Of a stretch of 32,000 nt of DNA, positions 21,178 through 30,222 are shown piece after piece. The DNA comes from Nitrosospira multiformis ATCC 25196. GTDB taxonomy: Bacteria; Pseudomonadota; Gammaproteobacteria; Burkholderiales; Nitrosomonadaceae. Within the stretch, counting starts at the first letter, position 1. Every line of letters starts with the position of its first letter. The position numbers and the translations under genes are program-made. The stretch lies in the NCBI RefSeq assembly GCF_000196355.1, contig NC_007614.1, positions 3,150,001 to 3,182,000 of the forward strand, in the 5' to 3' direction. The notes below the pieces were generated by a model. The model worked only from the letters and a program-made list of their open reading frames with translations. It did no database searches and was not told the DNA's origin.

Positions 21178-21413
21178 TTACGCGACTAAAACATATCAAT
21201 CGTTGCCGTGCTGCTCTACTGCTTGCCATCCTCGCAGTCCCTGATGACGTTGCCGCGAATTCCCGGGAACCTCGTGATTCAACAAGGGTCTACATGACTG
21301 TATAAATCCCTTGTCGCTTCCTTGTTGCTCCCGGATCCGGCGACTCCCTTCCCCTTTTGCTCCAGGTGCCGCCGCTTCGCATTGCTTGAGTCTGCCCGGC
21401 TGTGTTACCGCTG

Positions 21414-21447
21414 GCCGCATCGCTCTCCTGTTCGGAGGCGATGCGGC
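21414..21447 (-). other. Strong hairpin in the amoC-amoA spacer (RNA processing/stability element or attenuator candidate)
   Basis: GCCGCATCGC-(t)-CTCC-tgttc-GGAG-GCGATGCGGC forms 14 bp with one bulge. It lies ~36 nt after the amoC stop and has no U-run in the sense orientation. Confidence 0.4.
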
Positions 21448-21482
21448 TATTGCTGCTTATGCGTGTGTCAGCGAGTCAGTCC

Positions 21483-22379
<897 letters not shown>

Positions 22380-22594
22380 TCAACTCCGGCAGAAGCGCTT
22401 GCCCTTCATGCTTCCAACTTCCAACATCCGCTTGCTGCCGCTTCTCTACTGCACAAAACCCGGCGCGCAAGAACAAATTGTCGCTTACTTCCCAATACCG
22501 GCAGCACCAAACAGCCGCACCAGAACACCCAAATCCTTCCCTGGTACCACCTTTATTGCCGCTACCAGTACTTTACATACCCATAAGCCCGTAA

Positions 22595-22624
22595 AGACTA
22601 CTCCCCGCCATACCCCTAAGTCAA
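22595..22624 (-). promoter_or_regulatory. Candidate sigma70 promoter for amoC (weak call)
   Basis: The minus strand reads TTGACT (22619-22624), an 18-nt spacer, then TAGTCT (22595-22600). This would give a ~280-nt purine-rich leader. It is pattern match only. Confidence 0.2.
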
Positions 22625-22695
22625 GCAGTTTGTCAGCGAGGTAGAAGTGAGCACTTACTTTGAAAGAGACTCCGGATTACTCTGGAATCGTCGGA

Positions 22696-23553
22696 TTACC
22701 ACCGTGACAATATCCCATCCAGTTGTTCCAGGGTTTCGTAATGAATCAGTATGGTTCCTTTACCCTTTTTCCCGGGGGTTATTACGACCTGCGCTCCGAT
22801 TTTTGCCGAGAAATTCTCCTGTAACCGGAGTAAATCGCGGTCGCGCTGGGGATGATGTTTTACCACTGGATGTTCGATCTGATATACCAGCTTTTCTGTT
22901 TCACGTACTGAAAGTCCTTTATGCACTACAAGATTTGCCGTCTCTATCTGCTTGGCTGCAGCGAGTGACAGCAATGCGCGAGCGTGCCCCATGTCGATCT
23001 TTCCCTGCATCAGCAGTTCCTGGACAGGCGCAGCCAGATTAAGCAATCTCAGGAGATTGGAAACCGCACTGCGCGAACTTCCCAAAGCTTCGCTGGCAGC
23101 CTGGTGCGTCATGCCGAAGTCCCTGATGAGCCTCTGGATTCCCAAGGCTTCTTCCAGTGGGTTTAGATTTTCGCGTTGAATATTCTCGATCAGCGACATT
23201 GCCAGCGCAGCCTCATCCGGAACCTCGCGGATCAGAGCGGGCACCTCGCCCAATCCCGCCAGTTGCGCTGCACGCCAGCGGCGCTCGCCGGCGATGATTT
23301 CGTACTTTCCACCCCCGACTGGTCGCACGAGTACTGGCTGCATCACCCCCTGGGCTTTGATGGAGTCCGCCAGTTCTCCCAACGATTCCTTATCCATGCG
23401 CGTACGCGGCTGGTATTTTCCCGGCTGCAGCAGCGAGACCTTGATGCTCTGAAGCGTCTCCTCCGAGACAGCGTTACCGCCGCTGCCCGCCAGCAACGCA
23501 TCCAGCCCTCTCCCCAATCCTCTTATTTTCATTTTCCTTTCGTCCGGCTTCAT
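22696..23553 (-). CDS. parB: Chromosome partitioning protein ParB (Spo0J)
   Basis: 285-aa ORF with [11 protein letters not shown], the ParB box [12 protein letters not shown] and an HTH region. An alternative start at 23532 ([10 protein letters not shown]) has a better RBS. Confidence 0.9.
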   Translation of the reverse strand: MKPDERKMKIRGLGRGLDALLAGSGGNAVSEETLQSIKVSLLQPGKYQPRTRMDKESLGELADSIKAQGVMQPVLVRPVGGGKYEIIAGERRWRAAQLAGLGEVPALIREVPDEAALAMSLIENIQRENLNPLEEALGIQRLIRDFGMTHQAASEALGSSRSAVSNLLRLLNLAAPVQELLMQGKIDMGHARALLSLAAAKQIETANLVVHKGLSVRETEKLVYQIEHPVVKHHPQRDRDLLRLQENFSAKIGAQVVITPGKKGKGTILIHYETLEQLDGILSRW

Positions 23554-23558
23554 ATCTT

Positions 23559-24371
23559 CTAGGCTTCAAGTGTCTGTTGATACTGCTGGTCCGGCATGGC
23601 GCTCTCCGGAAAGTATCGGGTCACTATTTCACGCGCCAGTGCCAGGTAAGCCTGCGTACCCTTGGATAATCTGTCATGGTACAACGCCGGAATACCAAAG
23701 CTGGGCGCCTCGGCTAATCGCACGTTACGGGGAATTACCGTACGGTAGACCCGGTCTCCGAAGTACTGTTGCAACTGATCGGAAACCTGCTGTGCGAGAA
23801 TATTGCGTGGATCGAACATGGTGCGCAACAATCCCTCGATCTCAAGTTTGGAATTAAAGTGAGCACGCACTTTCTTAATGGTGTTGACCAGGTCGCTCAA
23901 TCCTTCGAGAGCATAGTATTCGCACTGCATCGGGATCACCACGGCTTCGGCCGCGCACAAACCATTCAACGTGAGCAAATTAAGGGCAGGTGGACAATCG
24001 ATAAGAATAAAATCATATTCCCGCTCGACTTCCCGCAAGGCTTCCCGCAGGCGTGTTTCCCGCCCCGGTAAATCAATCAACTCTATTTCTGCCCCGGCAA
24101 GCTCGCGATTGGCGGGGAGCAGATCATATTTTCCGCTGGGGGAGGAGACTCTCACGTCCACCACGCTCGCGCTTCCCAGCAGAACCTGATAAACGGTGTG
24201 CTCCAACTGGCCCTTGTCTACCCCGCTGCCCATCGTGGCGTTACCCTGCGGATCAAGGTCTATCAACAGCACGCGCCGCTTCACAGCTTCAAGGCTTGCC
24301 GCCAAATTGACGCTGGTAGTCGTTTTCCCTACCCCACCTTTTTGATTGGTTACTGCCAGAATTTTCGCCAT
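23559..24371 (-). CDS. parA: Chromosome partitioning ATPase ParA (Soj)
   Basis: MAKILAVTNQKGGVGKTTTSVNLA carries the deviant Walker A. The ATG at 24369-24371 follows AGGAG. The track start at 24377 is a GTG two codons upstream. Confidence 0.9.
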   Translation of the reverse strand: MAKILAVTNQKGGVGKTTTSVNLAASLEAVKRRVLLIDLDPQGNATMGSGVDKGQLEHTVYQVLLGSASVVDVRVSSPSGKYDLLPANRELAGAEIELIDLPGRETRLREALREVEREYDFILIDCPPALNLLTLNGLCAAEAVVIPMQCEYYALEGLSDLVNTIKKVRAHFNSKLEIEGLLRTMFDPRNILAQQVSDQLQQYFGDRVYRTVIPRNVRLAEAPSFGIPALYHDRLSKGTQAYLALAREIVTRYFPESAMPDQQYQQTLEA

Positions 24372-24416
24372 TGCCACTCCTAGAACCGAGATACCGGAAG
24401 CCGATCAATAAGAGGT

Positions 24417-24439
24417 GAAAAACTTGGCGAAAAGCCAAG
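24417..24439 (-). terminator. Weak Rho-independent terminator candidate after rsmG
   Basis: The minus-strand RNA reads CUUGGC-uuuuc-GCCAAG-UUUUUC, 11 nt after the rsmG stop and before the parA RBS. Confidence 0.4.
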
Positions 24440-24449
24440 GAATCTTACT

Positions 24450-25100
24450 TTACTGTCCGGCACGCTTGAGCACAACCAGATGACGCTTCGCCCTCAGGCC
24501 GGGAATCGTTAGCGACAATATGTTGTCGACAATGAATGTCTCGGGTAACTGCGCAAGTTCTTCGTGAGGATATACGCCTTTCATTGCCACCAACCGCCCA
24601 CAGTCAGTCCCTTGCTCCTCCCCCCGTGCACACAAATGTCCCGCGAGCTTGACGAAATCCGCCAGATCGGAAAAAGCGCGCGAAATAACGGTATTGAAGC
24701 CGGCGTTCGAGCGGACGCCTTCCATGCGCTCCCCGATGACTTCCACATTTTCAAGCCCCAATTCAATCCGCGCCTGCTGCAGGAACGCGGCTTTTTTATG
24801 ATTGCTTTCCACTAGCACCACACGCCACTCCGGGCGGGCCAACGCCACTGGGATTCCAGGAAGACCGGCGCCGCTGCCCACATCCGCAATGCGGGAGCCG
24901 CCAATGTGCGGCAGAACAGCCAGACTGTCCAGCACATGCAATGCGAGCATCGCTTCCGGTTCGCGCACTGCCGTCAGATTGTGCACCCGGTTCCATTTCT
25001 GGATGAGCGCCAGATATTGCAGGAGGCGTGCCTGATTTGATTCGGTAATAGATAGTCCCAGTGTTGCGATTCCGTCAGCCAGTTGTGTAGCCGGATTCAT
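24450..25100 (-). CDS. rsmG: 16S rRNA (guanine527-N7)-methyltransferase RsmG (GidB)
   Basis: 216-aa ORF with the SAM motif [14 protein letters not shown]. Its ATG overlaps the mnmG stop (ATGA at 25097-25100). Confidence 0.9.
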   Translation of the reverse strand: MNPATQLADGIATLGLSITESNQARLLQYLALIQKWNRVHNLTAVREPEAMLALHVLDSLAVLPHIGGSRIADVGSGAGLPGIPVALARPEWRVVLVESNHKKAAFLQQARIELGLENVEVIGERMEGVRSNAGFNTVISRAFSDLADFVKLAGHLCARGEEQGTDCGRLVAMKGVYPHEELAQLPETFIVDNILSLTIPGLRAKRHLVVLKRAGQ

Positions 25101-26995
25101 GCGCTTTTCTTCGTATTCGCGCTGGAAAAACCGCGCTTGACATGGACCAGCAATAGCGAAATTGCGGCGGGCGTGATTCCGGAGATACGGGATGCCTGTC
25201 CTGCCGTTTCAGGCTTGAACTGATTAAGTTTCTGCTGAACTTCATTCGAAAGACCGCGCACGGTTTTGTAATCCAGGTCCTGCGGCAGGCGAATGTCTTC
25301 ATAATAAGCATTTCGCGCCACTTCATCTTTCTGGCGCTCGATGTATCCCTGATACTTCGCCTGGATTTCGACCTGCTCCGCCGCCGCAAGATCGACAACG
25401 GGTTCGCCTGCACCGGGCAGCGTCATGAGTTCGGCGTACGACACATTGGGCCGGCGCAACAAGTCATGCAGAGAACACTCATGCTCGATGTTTTTCCCGA
25501 TAACACGTAATGCATCGGTTTCGGAAAGACTCTTCGGGCTGAGCCACGTGGTCTTCAGCCGGTTTTGCTCTTGAGCGATAGCCTCTAGTTTGATATTGAA
25601 CGCCACCCAGCGCGCGTCATTCACCACCCCTAGCCTGCGTCCGACTTCGGTGAGGCGGAGATCGGCGTTATCCTCCCGCAATTGCAACCGGTATTCCGCA
25701 CGGCTGGTGAACATGCGATAGGGTTCAGTAACACCTCGGGTAATGAGATCGTCCACCAGGACGCCCAAATAGGCTTCATCCCGGCGCGGACACCACGGTT
25801 CCCTGTCCTGCGTTTTTAGCGCAGCGTTGATTCCCGCAAGCAACCCCTGCGCCGCGGCCTCTTCATAACCCGTGGTGCCATTGATCTGTCCCGCGAAAAA
25901 CAGGCCTTCGATCATCCTGGTTTCAAGCGAGCTTTTCAGGGCACGCGGATCAAAATAATCATATTCGATCGCATAACCGGGTCGGGTGATATGGGCGTTC
26001 TCCAATCCTTTGATTGAGCGCACCAGTTTCACCTGCATATCGAAGGGGAGACTCGTGGAGATTCCGTTGGGATACACCTCGTGGGTCGTGAGACCCTCCG
26101 GTTCGAGAAAAATCTGATGCGATTCCTTGGCGGAAAAGCGCACGACCTTGTCCTCGATAGAGGGACAATAACGAGGTCCGATACCCTCGATCGCACCGGA
26201 GAATAGAGGGGAGCGATCCAGGCCGCTGCGAATAATATCGTGCGTCTGACTGTTGGTATGCGTGATCCAGCAAGACACCTGCTTCGGGTGGGAAGCAGCA
26301 TTGCCCATAAAGGAAAAAACGGGCACAGGCGCGTCGCCGGGTTGAGCGGCAACAGCGGAATAATCGATGGTACGGCCATCTATCCGCGGTGGGGTTCCTG
26401 TTTTCAACCGCCCGACAGGGAGCTTCAATTCGCGCAGGCGTCCCGCAAGACTATTGGATGGAAGGTCCCCCGCCCGCCCGGCTTGAAAATTTGCCGAGCC
26501 TACGTGAGCCAGGCCTGCCAGGAAGGTTCCAGCGGTAAGAATTACAGCACGCGCGTTAAAGCGGATTCCAAGCTGTGTGACAACCCCGGCCACCCGCTCA
26601 CCCTCAAGCACGAGATCGTCCACTCCTTGCTGAAACAACCAGAGATTCGGCTGACTTTCCAACCGCTGCCGGATCGCTTGGCGGTAGAGGACCCGATCAG
26701 CCTGGGCGCGTGTTGCGCGTACCGCAGGTCCTTTGCGCGAGTTGAGGATGCGAAACTGTATGCCCGCCTCATCCGCTGCCTCTGCCATCACGCCCCCAAG
26801 CGCATCGATTTCTTTGACCAGATGCCCTTTGCCGATCCCGCCTATGGAAGGGTTGCACGACATCTGCCCCAGGGTTTCGATGTTGTGTGATAGCAATAGT
26901 GTCTTTTGCCCAATGCGAGCGGCAGCGAGCGCCGCTTCGGTACCGGCGTGGCCACCACCTATAACTATTACATCGAATATTTCAGGAACAGTCAT
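25097..26995 (-). CDS. mnmG: tRNA uridine 5-carboxymethylaminomethyl modification enzyme MnmG (GidA)
   Basis: [68 protein letters not shown] is a canonical MnmG. The ATG at 26993-26995 is preferred over the track start at 27040. Confidence 0.95.
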   Translation of the reverse strand: MTVPEIFDVIVIGGGHAGTEAALAAARIGQKTLLLSHNIETLGQMSCNPSIGGIGKGHLVKEIDALGGVMAEAADEAGIQFRILNSRKGPAVRATRAQADRVLYRQAIRQRLESQPNLWLFQQGVDDLVLEGERVAGVVTQLGIRFNARAVILTAGTFLAGLAHVGSANFQAGRAGDLPSNSLAGRLRELKLPVGRLKTGTPPRIDGRTIDYSAVAAQPGDAPVPVFSFMGNAASHPKQVSCWITHTNSQTHDIIRSGLDRSPLFSGAIEGIGPRYCPSIEDKVVRFSAKESHQIFLEPEGLTTHEVYPNGISTSLPFDMQVKLVRSIKGLENAHITRPGYAIEYDYFDPRALKSSLETRMIEGLFFAGQINGTTGYEEAAAQGLLAGINAALKTQDREPWCPRRDEAYLGVLVDDLITRGVTEPYRMFTSRAEYRLQLREDNADLRLTEVGRRLGVVNDARWVAFNIKLEAIAQEQNRLKTTWLSPKSLSETDALRVIGKNIEHECSLHDLLRRPNVSYAELMTLPGAGEPVVDLAAAEQVEIQAKYQGYIERQKDEVARNAYYEDIRLPQDLDYKTVRGLSNEVQQKLNQFKPETAGQASRISGITPAAISLLLVHVKRGFSSANTKKSA

Positions 26996-27106
26996 GGAAG
27001 CAATCGGGCAAAAATGAATTCGATTGAGAGTGGTGCCCATTTTACGGCAAAACGTGGAGCCATGTAAGAATCATAAAGAGGTCTTGGGTGAAGAAACGCG
27101 ATCTCT

Positions 27107-27122
27107 TGTTTCACGTGAAACA
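27107..27122. promoter_or_regulatory. parS: parS centromere site 1
   Basis: TGTTTCACGTGAAACA is a perfect 16-bp palindrome matching the ParB/Spo0J parS consensus TGTTNCACGTGAAACA. It lies 112 bp upstream of the mnmG start. Confidence 0.8.
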
Positions 27123-27133
27123 GTTTTGTTTGT

Positions 27134-27149
27134 TGTTCCACGTGAAACA
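27134..27149. promoter_or_regulatory. parS: parS centromere site 2
   Basis: TGTTCCACGTGAAACA matches the parS consensus. It starts 27 bp after site 1 and ends 6 bp before the IS left end. Confidence 0.8.
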
Positions 27150-27229
27150 ACCACCAGGCGTAGGACCTATTAATTTTGGAATTCACGGAAGTGAGAGGAT
27201 GTGATTCACTTATGGCAGGAGGAGTTGCC

Positions 27230-27598
27230 ATGAGTGATCTTTTCATGCTTTCAGAGAAACAATTCAACCGCATAAAGCCTTATTTTCCCTTGTCCCATGG
27301 AGTGCCGCGTGTGGACGATCTGCGGGTGATCAGGGGAACCATCCATGTCATTCGGGATGGTCTGCAATGGAAGGACGCTCCCGAAGGCTACGGCCCACAC
27401 AAGACGCTCTATAATCGCTTCATGCGCTGGAGCAAGATGGGCATATTCAACCGTATTTTTGCGGAACTGGCCGGCAAAGAGGAAATGCCGGACCGGCTGA
27501 TGATTGACGCCACGCATCTCAAGGCGCACCGTACGGCAGCCAGCCTTTTAAAAAAGGGGATGTTCCCCGCCGTATCGGTCGCACAAAGGGCGGCTTGA
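27230..27598 (+). CDS. IS5/IS427-type transposase OrfA
   Basis: AGGAGG RBS, then MSDLFMLSEKQFNRIKPYFPLSHGVPRVDDLRVIRGTIHVIRDGLQWKDAPEGYGPHKTLYNRFMRWSKMGIFNRIF...IDATHLKAHRTA. This is the typical N-terminal half of this transposase family. Confidence 0.8.
   Translation: MSDLFMLSEKQFNRIKPYFPLSHGVPRVDDLRVIRGTIHVIRDGLQWKDAPEGYGPHKTLYNRFMRWSKMGIFNRIFAELAGKEEMPDRLMIDATHLKAHRTAASLLKKGMFPAVSVAQRAA
27550..27556 (+). other. A6G slippery motif, likely programmed -1 frameshift site joining OrfA to OrfB
   Basis: The sequence is A AAA AAG in the OrfA frame. A -1 slip yields ...LLKKGDVPRRIGRTKGGLNSKLHAVCDGRGKP..., restoring the family-typical GRTKGG.NSKLHA sequence. Confidence 0.65.
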
Positions 27599-27982
27599 AT
27601 TCAAAGCTCCATGCCGTGTGCGATGGTAGGGGCAAGCCTGTTGCCCTGCTGCTCTCCGAAGGTCAGATGAGCGATTACAAGGGTGCTGCCCTGTTGTTGC
27701 CTGCCCTGCCCAAGGCAAAAGAGTTGCGGGGGGATCGCGGCTATGATGCTGACTGGTTCAGGGCAGCCCTCAGACAAAAGGGTATTACGGCCTGCATTTC
27801 CCCAAAGAAGAACCGTAAAACCCGGCTCAAATACGACAGGGAACTCTACAAGCGACGCCACAGGTGGAAAACATCACAGGCTCAAGGATTGGCGGCGCAT
27901 TGCCATGCGTTATGACCGCTGCGCCCACACCTTCTTCTCCGCCATCTGTATCGCAGCTACCGTCATCTTCTATCTCAATTAA
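27556..27982 (+). pseudogene. Transposase OrfB part, apparently disrupted by an additional frameshift near 27862-27878
   Basis: Frame 1 reads ...GDRGYDADWFRAALRQKGITACISPKKNRKTRLKYDRELYKRRHR, then runs into WKTSQAQGLAAHCHAL*. The family-typical end RLKDWRRIAMRYDRCAHTFFSAICIAATVIFYLN* is in another frame, and the expected VEN (catalytic Glu) codons sit in the third frame. Confidence 0.55.
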
Positions 27983-28023
27983 TGAGTCCTGAGCCTAACA
28001 GGAAATCCACAGGGGAAGTCGAC

Positions 28024-28185
28024 AGGCGAGGGAATTACCCACCAATGACCAAGTACCGAAATGATTGGGGGAAGAGGCTAGAAGATCCTGCCGCTAATTG
28101 AGCATCGTCAGTCGCCGAGTGTCGGAATCGGCGTGCAGCATGATGCGCGACTGTCATCAATCCACCCGCCGCTTTAACCAGCAGC
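28024..28185. repeat. Conserved core of tandem module, copy 1
   Basis: AGGCGAGGGAATTACCC...CCGCTTTAACCAGCAGC is near-identical to 28373-28532. The central ~120 nt differ by a single base in my alignment. The period is 349 bp. Confidence 0.9.
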
Positions 28186-28322
28186 CAGGAATTGCTGAAG
28201 CCTGTCCGGCAACGCCGATCCAGGACGGCTGCAAATACAATACCAGGAGCTGATTGCCATAGAACACATATAGCGTGGATAAGAATCATGGAGAGGTCTT
28301 GTGGTGAAGAAACCGGTTTCTT

Positions 28323-28338
28323 TGTTTCACGTGAAACA
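28323..28338. promoter_or_regulatory. parS: parS centromere site 3
   Basis: TGTTTCACGTGAAACA is identical to site 1. It is preceded by the 18-bp palindrome GAAGAAACCGGTTTCTTC (28307-28324, overlapping the start of this site) and lies in the second copy of the module. Confidence 0.8.
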
Positions 28339-28372
28339 ACAGCTAATGGGAAATGCGCAGGGAGAAGTCAAA

Positions 28373-28532
28373 AGGCGAGGGAATTACCCCTAATAACCAA
28401 GTACCGAAACGATTGAGGAAGAGGCTAGAAGATCCTGCCGCTAATTGAGCATCGTCAGTCGCCGAGTGTCCGAATCGGCGTGCAGCATGATGCGCGACTG
28501 TCATCAATCCACCCGCCGCTTTAACCAGCAGC
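28373..28532. repeat. Conserved core of tandem module, copy 2
   Basis: See copy 1. The flanking parts of the module (28279-28372, 28533-28575) also align to 27066-27155 plus 27997-28023, and to 28186-28245, with more divergence and a 27-nt indel. Confidence 0.9.
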
Positions 28533-28591
28533 GTCCGATCCAGTAAGGGTGCAAATACAATACCGCCAGTTGCCCGCTCGAAACCCATACA

Positions 28592-28599
28592 GGGGGGGG
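28592..28599. repeat. G8 homopolymer tract
   Basis: CAGGGGGGGGT lies at the outer edge of module copy 2. Confidence 0.9.
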
Positions 28600-28847
28600 T
28601 AGAAACGTTAATGGCCTTGGTAGATTGCCTTACCCCGCCTTAAAATTGAACATATTTCGATCTGCACTAGCCACTCAAGCTTCTTGTTCAATTGCTGTGG
28701 CCTCTCCAGCCTCTCCATTGAGATGGAATTCCAGCCTATACCCATGCCTTAACTCATCCAAAATAATCGATTACAGAGCTCCTACGCTTGCCGCTTTTTT
28801 GTGCAACTGATGAATATTTCCTTTAATCCGAGCGGATGGAGGTAATT

Positions 28848-28943
28848 ATGGAGCACCTCGCTCTCCCGGAGAGTCAGGTTATGCTTCCGGACAGTTCGAA
28901 GCTGTACTCACCATCGCTTATCGCTATCGAAGCGATGCATTAG
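28848..28943 (+). CDS. Possible 31-aa small ORF (speculative)
   Basis: GGAGG sits 7 nt before the ATG. The product is MEHLALPESQVMLPDSSKLYSPSLIAIEAMH*. The 3' part contains an 8-bp-stem hairpin (CATCGCTT-atcgctatcg-AAGCGATG, 28911-28936). It falls below the size cut-off of the ORF track. Confidence 0.2.
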   Translation: MEHLALPESQVMLPDSSKLYSPSLIAIEAMH

Positions 28944-29898
28944 ACGGAATCTATCGACCAAACAAATCCTGGGGCTTCCATGCATCTAATCTCTGATGCG
29001 TTGAAGGCCAGGACGAACTCGACAGAGCTTGTGAACCAAGCAGTGAAACACTCACGAGTGAGCTTCTGCATTGCCAGGATACTCATCCACGGGTGCTCCC
29101 GTTTCTCCCTGGGGGTAGCCTAACCCGCCACCTATGATCGAAATTGTTCAACAACGGGATGCGACGAATTGCACGTTCGGATCTTCACGACCTAGGTACA
29201 AGAGAGGCGGCCTCTATTTGCGCCCTATTCACATACACCCATTGCTACCCATTACTGCTCACCACGTTGCCGCCAAATCGTCGCTCCCCACCGCTTCAAC
29301 GGCAGAAACTCAATTATTTCTGCGTTAACTTCTACCATCCGGGCAACCTTCCCCCGAAATTGGTCTGAAAAAACAGATTCCAGAGGTTTATGTGCCTCCC
29401 CCGGTCCCTTTCCGGTCGTCCGGAATATTCCGATCGTCGTAAGGGGGCAAGTACCAAATGGATTTGAGAGTTCGATGAGTTAACAACCGGCTTGCATGCT
29501 TACCCACACACCAACTCACCTCCAAACCCTACCATGCTGATACCCCTGGCAGTGACACCCTTCGGAGCATCTCGCAGTAAATCTGCTTCTCACGTTTACA
29601 TCGCGATAATCCCTCCTCGCCTTGGAGTACCGGCAACTTGAGCGAAAATTTGCTCCTGTTGGCCTTCTCCTATTTTTTTAAGACTTGTTCCCAAGAAGGT
29701 GGAAGCCTGTACTTTTAAGAAATATGTACTACCATGAAATTAATCCACGCTACGGAGCGCTCCACTTCTGGCTTCGATAAAAAAGCCGCATATATAGGCC
29801 GTGCTTGAACTGGGGCTATCCGCTGCACAGGATGGATTGCAATCTACACAGCTAATCAAGTTCGATAACGCAGAAAATCTGATGAGAAGGAGGCGAAG

Positions 29899-30189
29899 AT
29901 GAATCTACACTCGAGTGGCAGGGCAAACTGGTTGTTCAGCGGACTCGCGCTCGGCGCGCTCACCATGTTTCTCCTTGATCCCGCTAAAGGAAGACGGCGC
30001 CGTGCGTTGGCAAGAGACAAGATACACAGCGCTGGCATTAAAACTCGTAAGCGCATCGATGCAAAGTCACGCGACTTGGCCAACCGGGCGAAAGGACTGC
30101 GCGCCGAGGCACGCCATATGATGTCCAGCGGCAATAACCGGGATAACCGGGGCGAGAACAAGTCAAGCGAGAGCCAGCCTGAAACTTGA
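29899..30189 (+). CDS. Small membrane-anchored basic protein with DPxxGRRRR motif (YtxH/BON-N-terminal-like)
   Basis: A strong RBS (AAGGAGG) sits 5 nt before the ATG. The product is MNLHSSGRANWLFSGLALGALTMFLLDPAKGRRRRALARDKI..., with one TM helix, a highly charged helix and a disordered tail. Confidence 0.6.
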   Translation: MNLHSSGRANWLFSGLALGALTMFLLDPAKGRRRRALARDKIHSAGIKTRKRIDAKSRDLANRAKGLRAEARHMMSSGNNRDNRGENKSSESQPET

Positions 30190-30222
30190 GCGGAAGGATC
30201 TGCCCGGAAACGAGAGGTTCTG

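Larger units (their letters stand above)
27156..27996 (+). mobile_element. IS5-family (IS427/IS1031-like group) insertion sequence, ~840 bp
   Basis: Imperfect terminal inverted repeats: AGGCgtAGGACctATTAATT (27156-27175) versus the reverse complement of 27977-27996 (AGGCtcAGGACtcATTAATT). It encloses a two-frame DDE transposase. The flanks align to the uninterrupted second copy of the local repeat module. I saw no clean target-site duplication. Confidence 0.8.

Noticed and set aside
28035-28588. The two minus-strand ORFs (84 and 81 aa) spanning the repeat cores, considered as a duplicated small protein gene
   Set aside because: The shared frame is lost downstream by a 1-nt indel and the N-terminal parts differ. 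There is no SD (C8 precedes the ATG of copy 2). The peptide has no recognisable features. I kept this as a possibility inside the module finding rather than annotating CDSs.
27000-30222. The mnmG-mnmE gap as the replication origin (as gidA-mioC is in E. coli)
   Set aside because: There is only one 8/9 DnaA box (TTATCCACG on the minus strand, 28274-28282) plus a few 7/9 matches. I saw no cluster and no obvious AT-rich 13-mer DUE. The yidC-mnmE synteny predicts oriC beside rpmH-dnaA beyond the right edge. The striking palindromes here are parS, not DnaA boxes.
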